A DNA stretch of 64,000 nucleotides from Trypanosoma brucei (lineage: Eukaryota), in contig CH464491.1 in assembly GCA_000002445.1 (NCBI GenBank), forward strand, positions 4,992,001-5,056,000, written 5' to 3'. Every line of letters starts with the position of its first letter. The first letter of the stretch is position 1. The notes under the pieces are model-generated. The model did no database searches. It was given only the letters and a program-made list of their open reading frames with translations, and was not told the origin of the DNA. Both the position numbers and the translations under genes were made by a program. Of this stretch, positions 34,983 to 46,314 are shown piece after piece.

Positions 34983-36422
34983 TTAAAAAAGCAAGGCCAC
35001 AAATGCGGCAGAAACCACGCTGAGGGCGAATTGCTTGTCTAGGAGAATAGAGGAATAACGGCATTTATAAGTTCCTTTATCAGATCCATCACTATTTTCT
35101 CCTTTCCAGCCACAGTGTTTTGTTCCACCCTGATTTGCTGCCTCGCACGCCGTCTGGTTTTGAAAGCTGCTGCACACAGGTTTGGAAGTATTATCCCCGC
35201 CTTTCTTTTCTTCTGTTTTTTCTTCTGAGTCTTTTTTCTTAGCTGGTTCGCCTTCTGCTATCTTAGCTTCCTTTTTCATGGAAGCAAGTTGCCTCGCCAA
35301 GGCCTCTGTTAGCTTCCCAATATCTGTTTCAGATTCGAGATGCAGACCTTCTGATGTTTTATCTTTGTTTATTTTAGGCTTAAGGTTGTTGATTTTTTTC
35401 CACAGTCGCTCCTCAAATTTGCTGCCGCCTTCACCATATGCCGCTTTTATGGAAGCATCGAGCAGACTTGGTGGCGTCGTCATCGTGTCTTCTGAGTTTT
35501 CCAGTCCTGGTAAGGATCTGACTAGTTGCCTTTTGAATAAGTCGCTTGTTGCTACGGCGTTGTAGTCGTTTGCTGTAGATGAGCAATGCTTCTGTTTGAA
35601 GTGATCTAGTAGTAGTTTGTTTGCGTCATTAGCATTGGTTATATTAGTTTTCAGGACGTCGCTGGCCACCGCATATTTTAGATCTGCATTGGCTCCATCG
35701 CCTGACCAGGCTGTTGCTTCGTTTGATTGTACCGCGCTGCCGATTTTGATTATCGAATTGAACGTGAGTTTGCCTGTGTCTTGGGTTATCCCTGTGCTTA
35801 CACAGTTAGTGTTGCCGCCGCCGTGCTTACAATTTATTGTTACTTCTGTTATTGGAGTCAGCTCGGGCAGTAACATGTTTTCGGATTCGTTCGTGGGGTC
35901 AAATTTTGTCCTTTCCTCGGTCAGCTGTACCTTTGCGCATTCGTCTGGCATGGCGGTGCCTGCTGTTTTTGTTGTTAGTGACGTCGCAGTGAACTGGCCT
36001 GCCCCCGTTCTCGCCGTTAACTCTGTTTTGCCTCCGGCCTGGCTGAGTTGTTCGATTAGTGTTATCGCTCGGGCCGCAGTTGTTAGTTTTGGCTCATGGT
36101 CGGCCAGTAATTTGCGGCCTGCCTGTGCCGCAGCTCGGCAGGTTTGAAATATTTCGCCTGTCGCAGCTAAAGCTGGTAACGATTTGCTCTTTAGATCATC
36201 GTCGCCGGCTGTGGCGGCAATCGTTAGTTTTAAAATCTGGTCTGTCATAAGCGCCAGATTAGCCTCTGCTCGTTCCTGTTCCTCTGTATAAAAAGCCAGG
36301 GCGTTGTGCAGCCGCATCGCGCACTCGCAGCCGCTGTCGCACTTCACCGCTTTTGACGCGCTTGTTTTGTAGGTTGTAATGCACAGTGCCGCTATCCAGC
36401 TTGCGGCAAGTGCGGCAGCCAT
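34983..36422 (-). CDS. VSG: VSG (a-type), apparently intact 479-aa ORF
   Basis: Uninterrupted ATG (36420-36422) to stop. Signal MAAALAASWIAALCITTYKTSASKA, N-domain with paired Cys, C-terminal domain ...KPVCSSFQNQTACEAANQGGTKHCGWKGENSDGSDKGTYKCRYSSILLDKQFALSVVSAAFVALLF*. Followed by a perfect 16-mer. Confidence 0.8.
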   Translation of the reverse strand: MAAALAASWIAALCITTYKTSASKAVKCDSGCECAMRLHNALAFYTEEQERAEANLALMTDQILKLTIAATAGDDDLKSKSLPALAATGEIFQTCRAAAQAGRKLLADHEPKLTTAARAITLIEQLSQAGGKTELTARTGAGQFTATSLTTKTAGTAMPDECAKVQLTEERTKFDPTNESENMLLPELTPITEVTINCKHGGGNTNCVSTGITQDTGKLTFNSIIKIGSAVQSNEATAWSGDGANADLKYAVASDVLKTNITNANDANKLLLDHFKQKHCSSTANDYNAVATSDLFKRQLVRSLPGLENSEDTMTTPPSLLDASIKAAYGEGGSKFEERLWKKINNLKPKINKDKTSEGLHLESETDIGKLTEALARQLASMKKEAKIAEGEPAKKKDSEEKTEEKKGGDNTSKPVCSSFQNQTACEAANQGGTKHCGWKGENSDGSDKGTYKCRYSSILLDKQFALSVVSAAFVALLF

Positions 36423-37313
36423 CTATATTAAAGCTTCTTGTGGTGTTGAGGTTGATGTTCTTATTGGGTTGGTCACCTGTGCTGCTGGAGGGAACTTTTC
36501 TGTTAGAAGCTTTCTTTTTGGGTGCAGTGAGAAATACGCCTCGTTTTTTAAAGAACAGACATATAAATCCAATTGGCTTGTCAGTACTACTTTTGTGTTT
36601 GGTTACGATTTGCATATATTTTATATGGTATCTATCCCGTTATTTTTTTCTTTCTCATGTTGTCTATTTGCCGGCACTAATCCATTACATTTTGTGTAAA
36701 TAACATAGTAAATTTCTTTGTTTCCACGGACGTGATTCTTGTGCCGCTTCTGTGGTGTCTGCTTGGCGTCTGGTGCAATGTTTGGCAGTTGTCCAAAGCT
36801 TTTTAGTCTCATCTAGGTTTCGATCTGGTCCTATTTTGATTGCGCCTCTCGTTTTGTTTAATTTATCAGTGATATCTGCTGATACCTGCACGTCCTTGCC
36901 GCGTGTCTTGCCTTTTGTATCTTCTATTGTTTTTATGACATCTGCGTCTGTGTTGTTGGTGCTGTAGTCTCCTATTTACCTTTAGTGGCACTGTTTTAAT
37001 TTCTCTTGCATTTGTTCTGCTGTGAAAGCTCTGCTTTTGTTTCTCTGTTTTGTCTGGGATTCAAATTTGAGGAAAGTTTGACAAAACCGCTTGTATGCCA
37101 GAACAACCCGTGAGGAATTCATCTAAGAGTTGTCTAGTTTCTTTTTTCTCCTGTGGTTGAAATCCTAAAGCCAATTACTCGTTAGAATTTACCTTTAAAC
37201 CAGTTGCATCTTGGGAGAAGTTAAAATTTGTCAGCTTCAAGCAACTTCCCTTCCTTAAATGCATCACTACAAATACTATCATAATAAAAATCTAACTTCT
37301 CCCCGGATACAGC

Positions 37314-38100
37314 CTAAGTTTGCAGTTTTCCTAGATTATGATTTATCAATTCCTTACTTTTATATTTTTTATACCAAGTCAAGTTGGTCATAGTTTCTTT
37401 TTCCCTTTCCTGCCGAGAGAACGCGTTTCCTGCTAGATGAAGTAATTCAGCTTCTCCAATGGCGCCACTGACGTGTATGGAAAAGAATCGATCCTCGTAA
37501 TCCAATCCAATCATTCCTCTTGGCAAAAGAAGTCTTTTTCCTACATTAGTCTCTCTGTACACACTCAAAAGAAGTAACGGCTTGTAAATGCTCTGTTCCG
37601 ACCACCATTCATCGGTCATTTTAAGTATTTCATTAAACGCTCTTTCAAACTTTCTGAATGCCCAAAATCTAGCTATTATACCACCTCCATTCAAGTATGC
37701 TTTTTGGTTTGCAGGCCACTTAATTAAGTGCGTTAGGTTCAGCTGCTCTTCCACAAAGTAAGAGGCTTTGCAAAACCATGTGCACCCCGCCATATGGTCT
37801 CTGTATTCTGAGTTCAAAAGTAAATCTAACTGTGGTGCATAACATTCAGCTGGCGACATGAATATAATTGGAGAAACTTGTTTCTCTTTGACAACATCGT
37901 CCTCGCTAAACTTCTCTTCATTTTCTGCATAATTTTGCATAAAATATTCCACCGCATTCTCATATATATCACGATCAGTAACAATAACATCAGACCCATC
38001 AAACAGTGATTACAATATCCTCATCACTTGCATTATTATTTTCTAAAAATTCCATAACCCATATAGGCCTTTTAACATGGCTATACAAACATCCTATTGC
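37314..38100 (-). pseudogene. Conserved subtelomeric non-VSG gene (possibly ESAG3-related), copy 2, the most complete
   Basis: ORF 37314-37952 (212 aa): MEYFMQNYAENEEKFSEDDVVKEKQVSPIIFMSPAECYAPQLDLLLNSEYRDHMAGCTWF...WPANQKAYLNGGGIIARFWAFRKFERAFNEILKMTDEWWSEQSIYKPLLLL.... The N-terminal extension ...MLKGLYGLWNF*...SDEDIVITV* is frameshifted. Confidence 0.65.
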
Positions 38101-39012
38101 AATTGTAATAATGTCAATATGAGCCTACGCCGTCCTTGAGTTTCTTGCGTTTGAACTACAAACGCAAAGACTTTGGGTTTCTTAGCCTCATTATTTGTTA
38201 TATGTGTTATATTATTTTATTCATCATTTTAAAGGAACACAGCGCTTATACATACTAAATGTTATATCAACAGGAATAGTAAAACTCTCAAGAGACCGAA
38301 TTCCATGACTTACTATACTTTTACAATTTGAGGTTATTATAGGAAAAATTAGAAAAGTTCAATAAATATGTTCAGTTGTAACATTATTGTATTTATTTAA
38401 GGAATAAGTGTTTACATAAATAATCAATTTCTTTATACTATTACTGTGTGACTTATGAAGGGTGAATTCTCAGAAAATACATCTTTTGCTTAAGCATGCA
38501 TCTACGGATTTGGTTTTAGTATATAGCTGTAGCTGTAGCTTTAGCTTAGACCGCACTCTACATGTGTGCCATAATTTCTTGCATTATTCACATTTTTTCT
38601 CTATGGAGTGTTGTAGAAAATGTTTTATTTAGTTGTACTACTGAGTTCCTAGATGCTAAGTCTTTTATTACATTCCTATGACAGCTACCTAGATGTTCGT
38701 TAAAGCCATGAAACCAGCATCAACGTGGCTTTGTGGAGTAATATAAGTGATTCTTTGAACAACATACCCACTCTATTTTTCTTGAACATCCGTTCCTGTT
38801 TTTCCCGCATCTTCCTTTCAACAATTTCCTCGTGTTCAATTACGCCCATCATTACATTATGCTCGAAGCTGCACCTGTACCATCTCCATCTCCCTCTGTC
38901 TTCTTCACTCAGCTACTGTTCACATTACTTACTTACTTTTGTTGAACCTTTGCACCTTCGCAACTGGTTTACTTGCTTCTACTTTACCTTTCCATTCCAT
39001 CTTCACCACCGC

Positions 39013-39228
39013 TATCATTATAATATTCGTATATACACACACTTACAACACTCTCCTATCATTATTATTATCATTATCATTATCATTAATATTATTATTA
39101 TTGCTCTTATTATAATATTTGTATATACACACTCACAACACTCTCCTATTATTATCATCATCATTATTATTACTGCTCTTATTATAATATACGTATATGC
39201 ACACTCACAACACTCTCTTAACATTGTG

Positions 39229-39260
<32 letters not shown>

Positions 39261-39315
39261 CATTTTTATTATTACTATTTTTATTATTACTGTTGTTATC
39301 ATTACTATTTTTATA
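39013..39315 (-). repeat. 70-bp repeat tract (3 copies)
   Basis: Three TATAATAT(T/A)CGTATAT(A/G)CACAC(T)TACAACACTCTC cores separated by TTA/TGA triplet runs. Confidence 0.9.
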
Positions 39316-39502
39316 AACATAACTTATATTAATAAAATGAACAAAATAAAGCACAGCATAAAATTAGAATGGCTCTCATTTTTCATACTCTGTTACAACA
39401 TTATGTTACATCCGTAGGCAACTTTTACACCAAAATTTTATATTCTTTAGATTTTCAGATACTCAAAAAATTTGCACTGATTTAAACATTTTCATCAAAA
39501 AG

Positions 39503-39518
39503 TGTTAACATATATCAG
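39503..39518 (-). promoter_or_regulatory. VSG 3'UTR 16-mer (one mismatch); its TGA terminates a read-through VSG ORF
   Basis: Plus strand GTGTTAACATATATCA. ORF 39515-39829 stops inside it. Confidence 0.65.
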
Positions 39519-39584
39519 ATAATAGTAATTCTCTCAAAGTAGAAAGTGTCATAAATTCCACTAATTGGAAAAAATTTATTAATA

Positions 39585-41157
39585 TGCTGAAATGTTATCA
39601 AACTCACAAAAGCAGGAACAATCAGAGCCAATTTACCATTGACAAGAAAACTGGAATCTCTATACGCTGGGTCAACTTTTCCCTGTCCTTCAATATAGTC
39701 AATCCATCCACAAACAGCTTTTTTTTGCTGCCTTTGTTCTTGGAGCTTTCGCACATGTTTCGGGGTCCCGATAAAGGGAGTAAACGGAACCTGTTGGGGC
39801 CACTCCTTCCTTAAATTTTCATTTATCATCTGTTCAATTGCACGGGTCTTTGCATTTTTCTGCTGTTGTTATCGTTACACACGCCTTTTCGAATTCGGAA
39901 GTTTTTGGTTCGTCTGTTTCTTATCTGCTCCATCGAGTTGCTTCTCGTCCGCGGCTTTTGAGTCATTATTTGCCTGTTTGTAGCTTTCACTTCTTCCTTT
40001 TGGGCTGCTGTTTCCGCTTGAGCTAGGGCTGTCGCCATCAGGGCTGACAATGTGTTGTTGTCGGAGGTTAGCTGCGCCTCCTCGATCATTATTTGATCCA
40101 GTTCTGTTTCTGCTTTCCGTCCCTCTTGTGTTGCTGTTTTGAGTTTGGCAAGCCATTTTGGTGAAAGCGGTTTGCCGTTGTTTGCACCTGCAAACATACA
40201 AGCTCCTTTATTTTACGAATGGTCCCCGTCGCGCGCATGTCGCCGCTGCCGTCGATGGTTCCGAGTATGCCGACTTTGCTGGCACTCCCCTTGCCCTTGC
40301 TCATATCGTCTTCGAAGCCGCGGATTGCTGATTCTAGTAGGCTAACGGGGGTTTGACCCTGCTCGGCTTCGTTACCGGCTTAGCATTCGGCCGCTATCTT
40401 GTTATAGGATTTTGCGGCGTTTGTACCGACTTTGCTGAACGTTACGTGATCTTTCCCTGCGCCTTCGCACGCTTTGTTGGGCCGTGTCGTGCTGTCTGAT
40501 GCGCATATGCAAAGCATCGACGCTTCCAATTTCTTTGGCCCGGTGATTGCTGCTGTCGGTGTCGAGGGATTGCCGAAAGCCGTTGGTCTTGAGTTGTCCG
40601 AGCCGAATATTTTTGTTGTTGACGATGTCTTGCTGACCGCCGAACAGGGCCTGTTTTAGTGTTGCTTTCATTTGAGCAAAAACATCTTTTCCTTCTTTGG
40701 ATGCTAGTTCTTTTTCTTTTGTTTCTACCTGCCTTCCTGTTTTGTTCAGAGCTAGAGTTACGTACGATTTGCTTGTGAGTGCGGCAATCAGGTGCTTTTT
40801 AGCGTCGCCTTTGTGGACGTCTAAGAAAGCCTTGGCTTTTTCGCATGCGGCCTTTTTGTTTCCACCGCATGGATTTGATTCCTGTATTTGCTCTGCTTCT
40901 GCCGGTCGTTGTGCACTTGCTTCTGCCGTTGTGGTTTTTTCTACTGCGTCTCTGCTGTTTAGGAGTAGGTTTATAGTACTCGCCGCATCCATGATATTTT
41001 TGACGTCAGCCCAATTCGTATTTGGCTTTGGAGTGTACTTCAAGGCCTTTAACACCGCGCAGAAGTGGTGAAGGACATACCTGTGGCTACCGTCCGGTGG
41101 GGCTGCCCCGCTGACATACTGTAAGGTTATAGCCAACGCTAGTGCCGCGCGGTGCAT
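39585..41157 (-). pseudogene. VSG: VSG pseudogene (a-type): frameshift, in-frame stop and loss of the native stop
   Basis: Signal MHRAALALAITLQYVSGAAP (ORF 40402-41157); the same frame continues past a stop into ORF 39826-40197. The C-terminal domain ...KKAVCGWIDYIEGQGKVDPAYRDSSFLVNGKLALIVPAFVSLITF is in a shifted frame (ORF 39515-39829) and reads through into the 3'UTR 16-mer. Confidence 0.8.
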
Positions 41158-42716
41158 CTTGCCGATTGTATCCTTGTGTGACAGTCTTGGGATCCCTACT
41201 TTTGCCTAAGGTGCAGTTTCCTTGAAGAATCTAGTTCGCTCATGTTAGGCTTGTCAGTGTTATTTTCTTTTTGTGGCTGTGTCTTCGTTGCTGGTAAGCG
41301 TGTTAGTGTGCCTATCCGTACTGGCGGTTGATCAACGCTGTATTTGGATTGCATGTTGTGGTAAACACCATGCATCTTTTGTCGGAATTATGCTTTAAAA
41401 GTCGCTTCAGTTGACATGTAATTGTTGTTGTGTTATTGTTTAGTTTTAAGCACCGTTTGGCTCGTGTTTTTGGCGGGGGACAATGCGTTTTGGGTGCCTT
41501 TTACTCTCTGGCTAGAGTTGTTCTGTACATAAGGTGAATTCACTGTTTCCACACTGCTTCCAGCCAACTTCTTGTAAATGTTTCTGATTTATAGAGTGTA
41601 TTATCTTCGACTTTGTGCAACTTCTCGAGTTGTTGTGGCCATAATCACAGAAGTATCGTTTGTAAAATTGATTTCTGCCGCCGCTGACTTTTTGCTTTTT
41701 TTCTTTGGTGTATGTTTTTGCTGTCTTCCCTCCACCTGCACTATCCGAAACTGTTAGTACCTCTGATGTTTCTTTCAAATTGTTCTGTTTTTCTTTTTGT
41801 AAGCGCATAGGCTTTTTTCACTCCAAAAACTGAATAAGAGGTGTGAAAAAGTTATTATATAGAGCTTAAACTATATGCTCTTATCTACCACCGGTGTCTA
41901 GCGTTTGCTGCGCTCGCGTTCTAATGATCGGCTGCGGCGCTGTCGCGACGCGCAGTCTTTTGTTCTTGTGAGTAGTCCTTACTGCTTTTACTTTTCCAGT
42001 AAAAAATTGTTGTGGATAGGTTGGATTATCTGTATACCTTTGCTTTGTTGCTGGACATTGTATAGTTGTCGTTTTTTGTGCAAGCTGTTGTTTTCCTGTG
42101 TCTTGCTTTATTAAAAGAGGGATTTTACAGTTATTAAGGGGTAGGTCCTGCCTATTCCACTTTTTTTTACCTTGTATAAAATAATTTATTTATCCTAACT
42201 GCTGTAAAACTAAACCAAAACACTCATACGCGTTGTTTGAGCAACTGCCGCTTAAATGTAGCGCCACATATCAAAATCTAATGTCAGATTTAAAAAAGAT
42301 TCACTGTCATCTCCGCCATCCAATCTGTACATTTACATATGAAATGTGGTGCACAATTCCCCCTGAACCATTTTCTTCTGTGGAACCATCTATTGGCTGA
42401 AAGTCTGGCGTTCTATTCCTCATTTTTCCTCTTTTCTGCATGTGTTAATGTTTGCTTCCATCACTGTACCTGAGGTAGAGGCTGCATTTGACCTCTGCAA
42501 TGTGCTTAGTTTCTGCATCATTTACCACTCTATTGCCTCCTTGTGTATAATAGTGCAATTTTCATGTTTGTGTCAGAAACTGCATCTATTCTTCTTTCCT
42601 TTCGTTTTGTTTCATTGCGTTACATTTAATAATATTCTCCTCACTTACTTACTCTCATTTCAACATTTTCATAATATCAATGCACCACTTTCAGCAGTAC
42701 ATACAGCCTTTAGCAT

Positions 42717-42810
42717 AACTCTTATTATAATATTAGTATATACACACCTGAAACCCATCATTATCATTATTAATATCATAGTTATTATCATTGATTTATT
42801 ATTATAACCT
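42717..42810 (-). repeat. 70-bp repeat (single degenerate copy)
   Basis: TTATTATAATATTAGTATATACACACCTGAAACCCATCATTATCATTATTAAT. Confidence 0.75.
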
Positions 42811-43068
42811 TAACTCCTAATATCCGGAAGGTAAGCTTGGTGAACGAAGCAAAAAACTGTCGAAATAGCACTTACTCTTCTTACCTTATATCCACCATAC
42901 TACTTTACACCCATATGTCACTATCATACAAATTTTACCACAATTTTTAAATATTTATCCAATTCTCAAAAGTATCACTAATTTGCACATTTTTTACAAA
43001 AATATTGATATATATCAAATTTTAGTAAATTTCAATAAATTCTCTCAAAATAAAAAATTTCATAATTT

Positions 43069-44562
43069 TCATAAATTTATAAAATCGAGCAAAAATGCAA
43101 GCAATAGAGGCACCTTGTGAATGACAAAAGAATTGCTTCCTGTGGTGTTTGTGGTTCCGGTTTTGCTATCTTTCTCTCCTCCCTCTACTTCCTTTTTGAC
43201 AAAATACGTATCCTTTACGCACTTTTTATTTTCTCCCTCGCCGGTGAGTTTGCAGCCATCTTTGCAATCGTCTCCTGTTTTTTTACTGCATTCTTTGTTT
43301 TCCTCTTGTATTCCCCCATTGGTAGAGCAGTCTTTTGCTGGTTCTGACGCGACTGTTCTATCCGCCTTAGCTTTTAGTTCGGGGATGGCGATTAATAGCG
43401 CGGTTGTTATTTCTGGTGGGTCTGTTAGTGTTTCGATCTTAACTTCTTTGGGTTTTCCGCCATCTATTTTTTTCACCTTTAGCTTATTCACTTGGTTGAC
43501 TCGTGCGGTCGAGGCGGCGTTATCGTCTTTGACTGCCTGTCCTATCAAGCTTCTGGCTGCTTGATCGGCCATAGTGTTAGTGACTTTGCCGAGCTTTATG
43601 AGTAAATCTTTGACTTCGGCTTTTATGGTGGTTGTTGTAAGGGCTTCTGATATTGCCTTTTCTGTTGTTTCTGGGCATGTGCTCTCGGGAAGTTTCATTA
43701 CTTTGCCGATGGCGGTGAAGAGCTTTTTGGCTGCCGTGGCGGAGTCGGGTGCTTGGTAGTCTGTGCCTAGTGCATTTGCCACTGCTATTGTTGCTGTCGC
43801 TCCTGAACCTGTGTGGGGTGATACTGTGATTAGGTCTGCGCCTACCGTGGCTGGGGTAGCGCTGCCGCTGTACTGCCATAGCGCCGTGTTGTCCGCGTTG
43901 GATCCCAGCATAAAGGCGCAGACGTTGTTTCCTGTGGCGTCTTGCAGTTGCGTCGGCCCAGAGTATTTCGCTAATCCTTTGTTAGTTATTTCGCTGCTGT
44001 CTAGGTTTAGCTTCGGTGCGTATTCGTCCGTTATCGTTGTCGGGCATCCGAATTCTGCTGGCGATGTTAGTTTCGTGGTTCTTGTATTGGCCTGTGTTAT
44101 GCACTTTCGCGCCGTGTCGCTCTTTGTGGTAGCTTGAAGTATCGCCACTAGCTCCGTTAGTCGGCCTGCCACGTGGGCACCGTTTGCTGCCGCCGTCACA
44201 CCCGCTGCTACGTTTCCTGCTGCTTTGGTTGTTGCATCTACTCGGCAGTTCTCTGCTGCTCGAGCCGCTGCTGTGAACAGAATTGTATCGTTTACAGTGG
44301 GTACCACTAGAGCAGCCAGAAGCAATTTGTTTCGGGCTTCGGCCGCCGCCTGCTCTTGCCTGTGTAGCTTCTGCAGGCGGCCGATTGCGACTGCCGCTGT
44401 ATCCTGTATTGCCATGGCCGTGCCGCATAGCTGTGTTATTTTGGCTTCGTTGAACCCGTTGGTTGATGGCTTTGCCAATCTTAAGATGGTCGTGAAGCAC
44501 AGTGTTAGAAGGGTCACTGTGTGCGCGGACAGACGCTGTTGCTCTCCCGAAAATGGAAGCAT
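43069..44562 (-). CDS. VSG: VSG, apparently intact 497-aa ORF
   Basis: Uninterrupted ATG (44560-44562) to stop. MLPFSGEQQRLSAHTVTLLTLCFTTILRLA..., C-terminal domain ...CSKKTGDDCKDGCKLTGEGENKKCVKDTYFVKKEVEGGEKDSKTGTTNTTGSNSFVIHKVPLLLAFLLDFINL* (GPI tail slightly atypical). Confidence 0.75.
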   Translation of the reverse strand: MLPFSGEQQRLSAHTVTLLTLCFTTILRLAKPSTNGFNEAKITQLCGTAMAIQDTAAVAIGRLQKLHRQEQAAAEARNKLLLAALVVPTVNDTILFTAAARAAENCRVDATTKAAGNVAAGVTAAANGAHVAGRLTELVAILQATTKSDTARKCITQANTRTTKLTSPAEFGCPTTITDEYAPKLNLDSSEITNKGLAKYSGPTQLQDATGNNVCAFMLGSNADNTALWQYSGSATPATVGADLITVSPHTGSGATATIAVANALGTDYQAPDSATAAKKLFTAIGKVMKLPESTCPETTEKAISEALTTTTIKAEVKDLLIKLGKVTNTMADQAARSLIGQAVKDDNAASTARVNQVNKLKVKKIDGGKPKEVKIETLTDPPEITTALLIAIPELKAKADRTVASEPAKDCSTNGGIQEENKECSKKTGDDCKDGCKLTGEGENKKCVKDTYFVKKEVEGGEKDSKTGTTNTTGSNSFVIHKVPLLLAFLLDFINL

Positions 44563-45973
44563 TTGAAGACGCGTCTACTCTGTGAATTTGATAATGGTTG
44601 AGTGGTACTTTTTTAAAAGTTGTGATAAAGGGTATTAAACGCCTCCGGCATTTCTTGGTAGATTTTGTGTTTAAAGTTTGTTTTGAGTTTTTCTCTGCCG
44701 CTTGTCTGTATGTTGTTCACTAGACGCTACAGCTAACTGGTTGAGTTTAGTTTTAAGTTTACTATAAGGGTTGTTGCTGTTGATTTTTGTTTCTGTTCCT
44801 TATTTCTTTGTTATAAATCCCACAAAATTCTTTGACATCGCTGGCTGACGCTCTTTTTATACTTGTGGTTTATTTTTTCCTTGTAATATTACGCCTAAAG
44901 TATTGAGGCGCTACTATGCACTGTTAAGATCTTGTTCTGTCACGTAAATTACCTTACAAAAACAACATATTCCGCCACCCACGACCATCCCCCCTATATT
45001 CTCCTCTACATTCTATGGAAAAGGTCCTTAATTTTATATATTTCCATTTCAAATCACTATAGTCAAATCTCTACATGACCATCTCCCTCATTACAAGTTT
45101 TTCAACTAATCAAATTGCTTTGCGTATTCATGTTTGACTGAAAAACAGTGTTTCCACTTATTTTTATTTCATCTATCATCTTCTTCATATCCAATCCCAC
45201 GTTTACTTGAATAATGAATACCCTTCTATTTCTAAAACATTTTAACACTTATAGGATCTATTCTTTTTCACCTGCCGTTAATCTTGTGCTGACACATCTA
45301 TGTTCATAATAATATAACTTTTCTGCTTTGTACGTATTCATAATTCTAACTCTAAATCCTTTGAAACCTGACTGATATTAGTTTGATTTCTTTTTAATGC
45401 CAACACTTTCGTGTCTGCGCGCAAATTTGCCGAATACCTAGCCTGCTTCATGCGATCCATCAACTGCGAATCTCCTTTAATTCTAATGTAAATTATTGGA
45501 GGCGTAAACTTCACCAATTTTTATTTGTATACTAATACAAAATTGAGGGTTTATCGGCGCTAACTATGTGTATCTCACAGATCTCATTTAAAGATTCATA
45601 CATCATATTTCTTATACATTTACTTCCTTTTCCAGTTTCCCTATAGGGAGCGGCTTCTGCTGTTTTATTTAATATTTATCTTTCTTCTTTATATTCTTCT
45701 GTTATTGCTTCTGCGTACGGCATAGCAACTATATTTGTCTTGTGCACTGCATTCTAATCCTCTCAAATTGTCCCCTTCTCTCTTTCTGCATGGAGATAGA
45801 CTTATTATGCTTCTGTTTAAACCTCCGTATATCATAATTTCATTCCTTCTTTCTGTCTTTCCGAGTGCCTTTAAATATTATCCCTATTGTCATTTATTTC
45901 CCTTACTCACTTACCTAGACTGTATCCTTGTCTTTGTTTTAAGTGCTTCTATTTTTTTCGTCCATTTAGTTAT

Positions 45974-46064
45974 CAATATTATCATTATTATAATATTCGT
46001 ATATATACACACTCACCACACTCTCCTATTATTATTATTATTATTATCATTATTAATATTATTC
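45974..46064 (-). repeat. 70-bp repeat (single copy)
   Basis: TTATTATAATATTCGTATATATACACACTCACCACACTCTCCTATTATTATTATT. Confidence 0.85.
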
Positions 46065-46214
46065 ATAAAATAGACGAATAAACCATATTATACTAGTATT
46101 CTTTTTCCATACCCTCTTACTCTACTACTTCACATTCAAAGACTACTTTTACACACATTTTATAAAAAAATCGTATTTAAAATATTTTGATCACTTCTCA
46201 ATTGTTTTTAAAAA

Positions 46215-46230
46215 GTGTTAAAATATTTAA
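46215..46230 (-). promoter_or_regulatory. VSG 3'UTR 16-mer (two mismatches)
   Basis: Plus strand GTGTTAAAATATTTAA, 85 nt downstream of the stop at 46315. Confidence 0.5.
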
Positions 46231-46314
46231 AATATTATATGTAGATAGTAAATTCTTGAAAAACATTTATTTTCTTATATTTATAAAATTTGCAATAATA
46301 CTATTTAAAGCTAA

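Noticed and set aside
41512..41808. 98-aa minus-strand ORF in the spacer upstream of VSG 39585-41157
   Set aside because: No recognisable domain and no conserved context. It is probably a chance ORF in the spacer.
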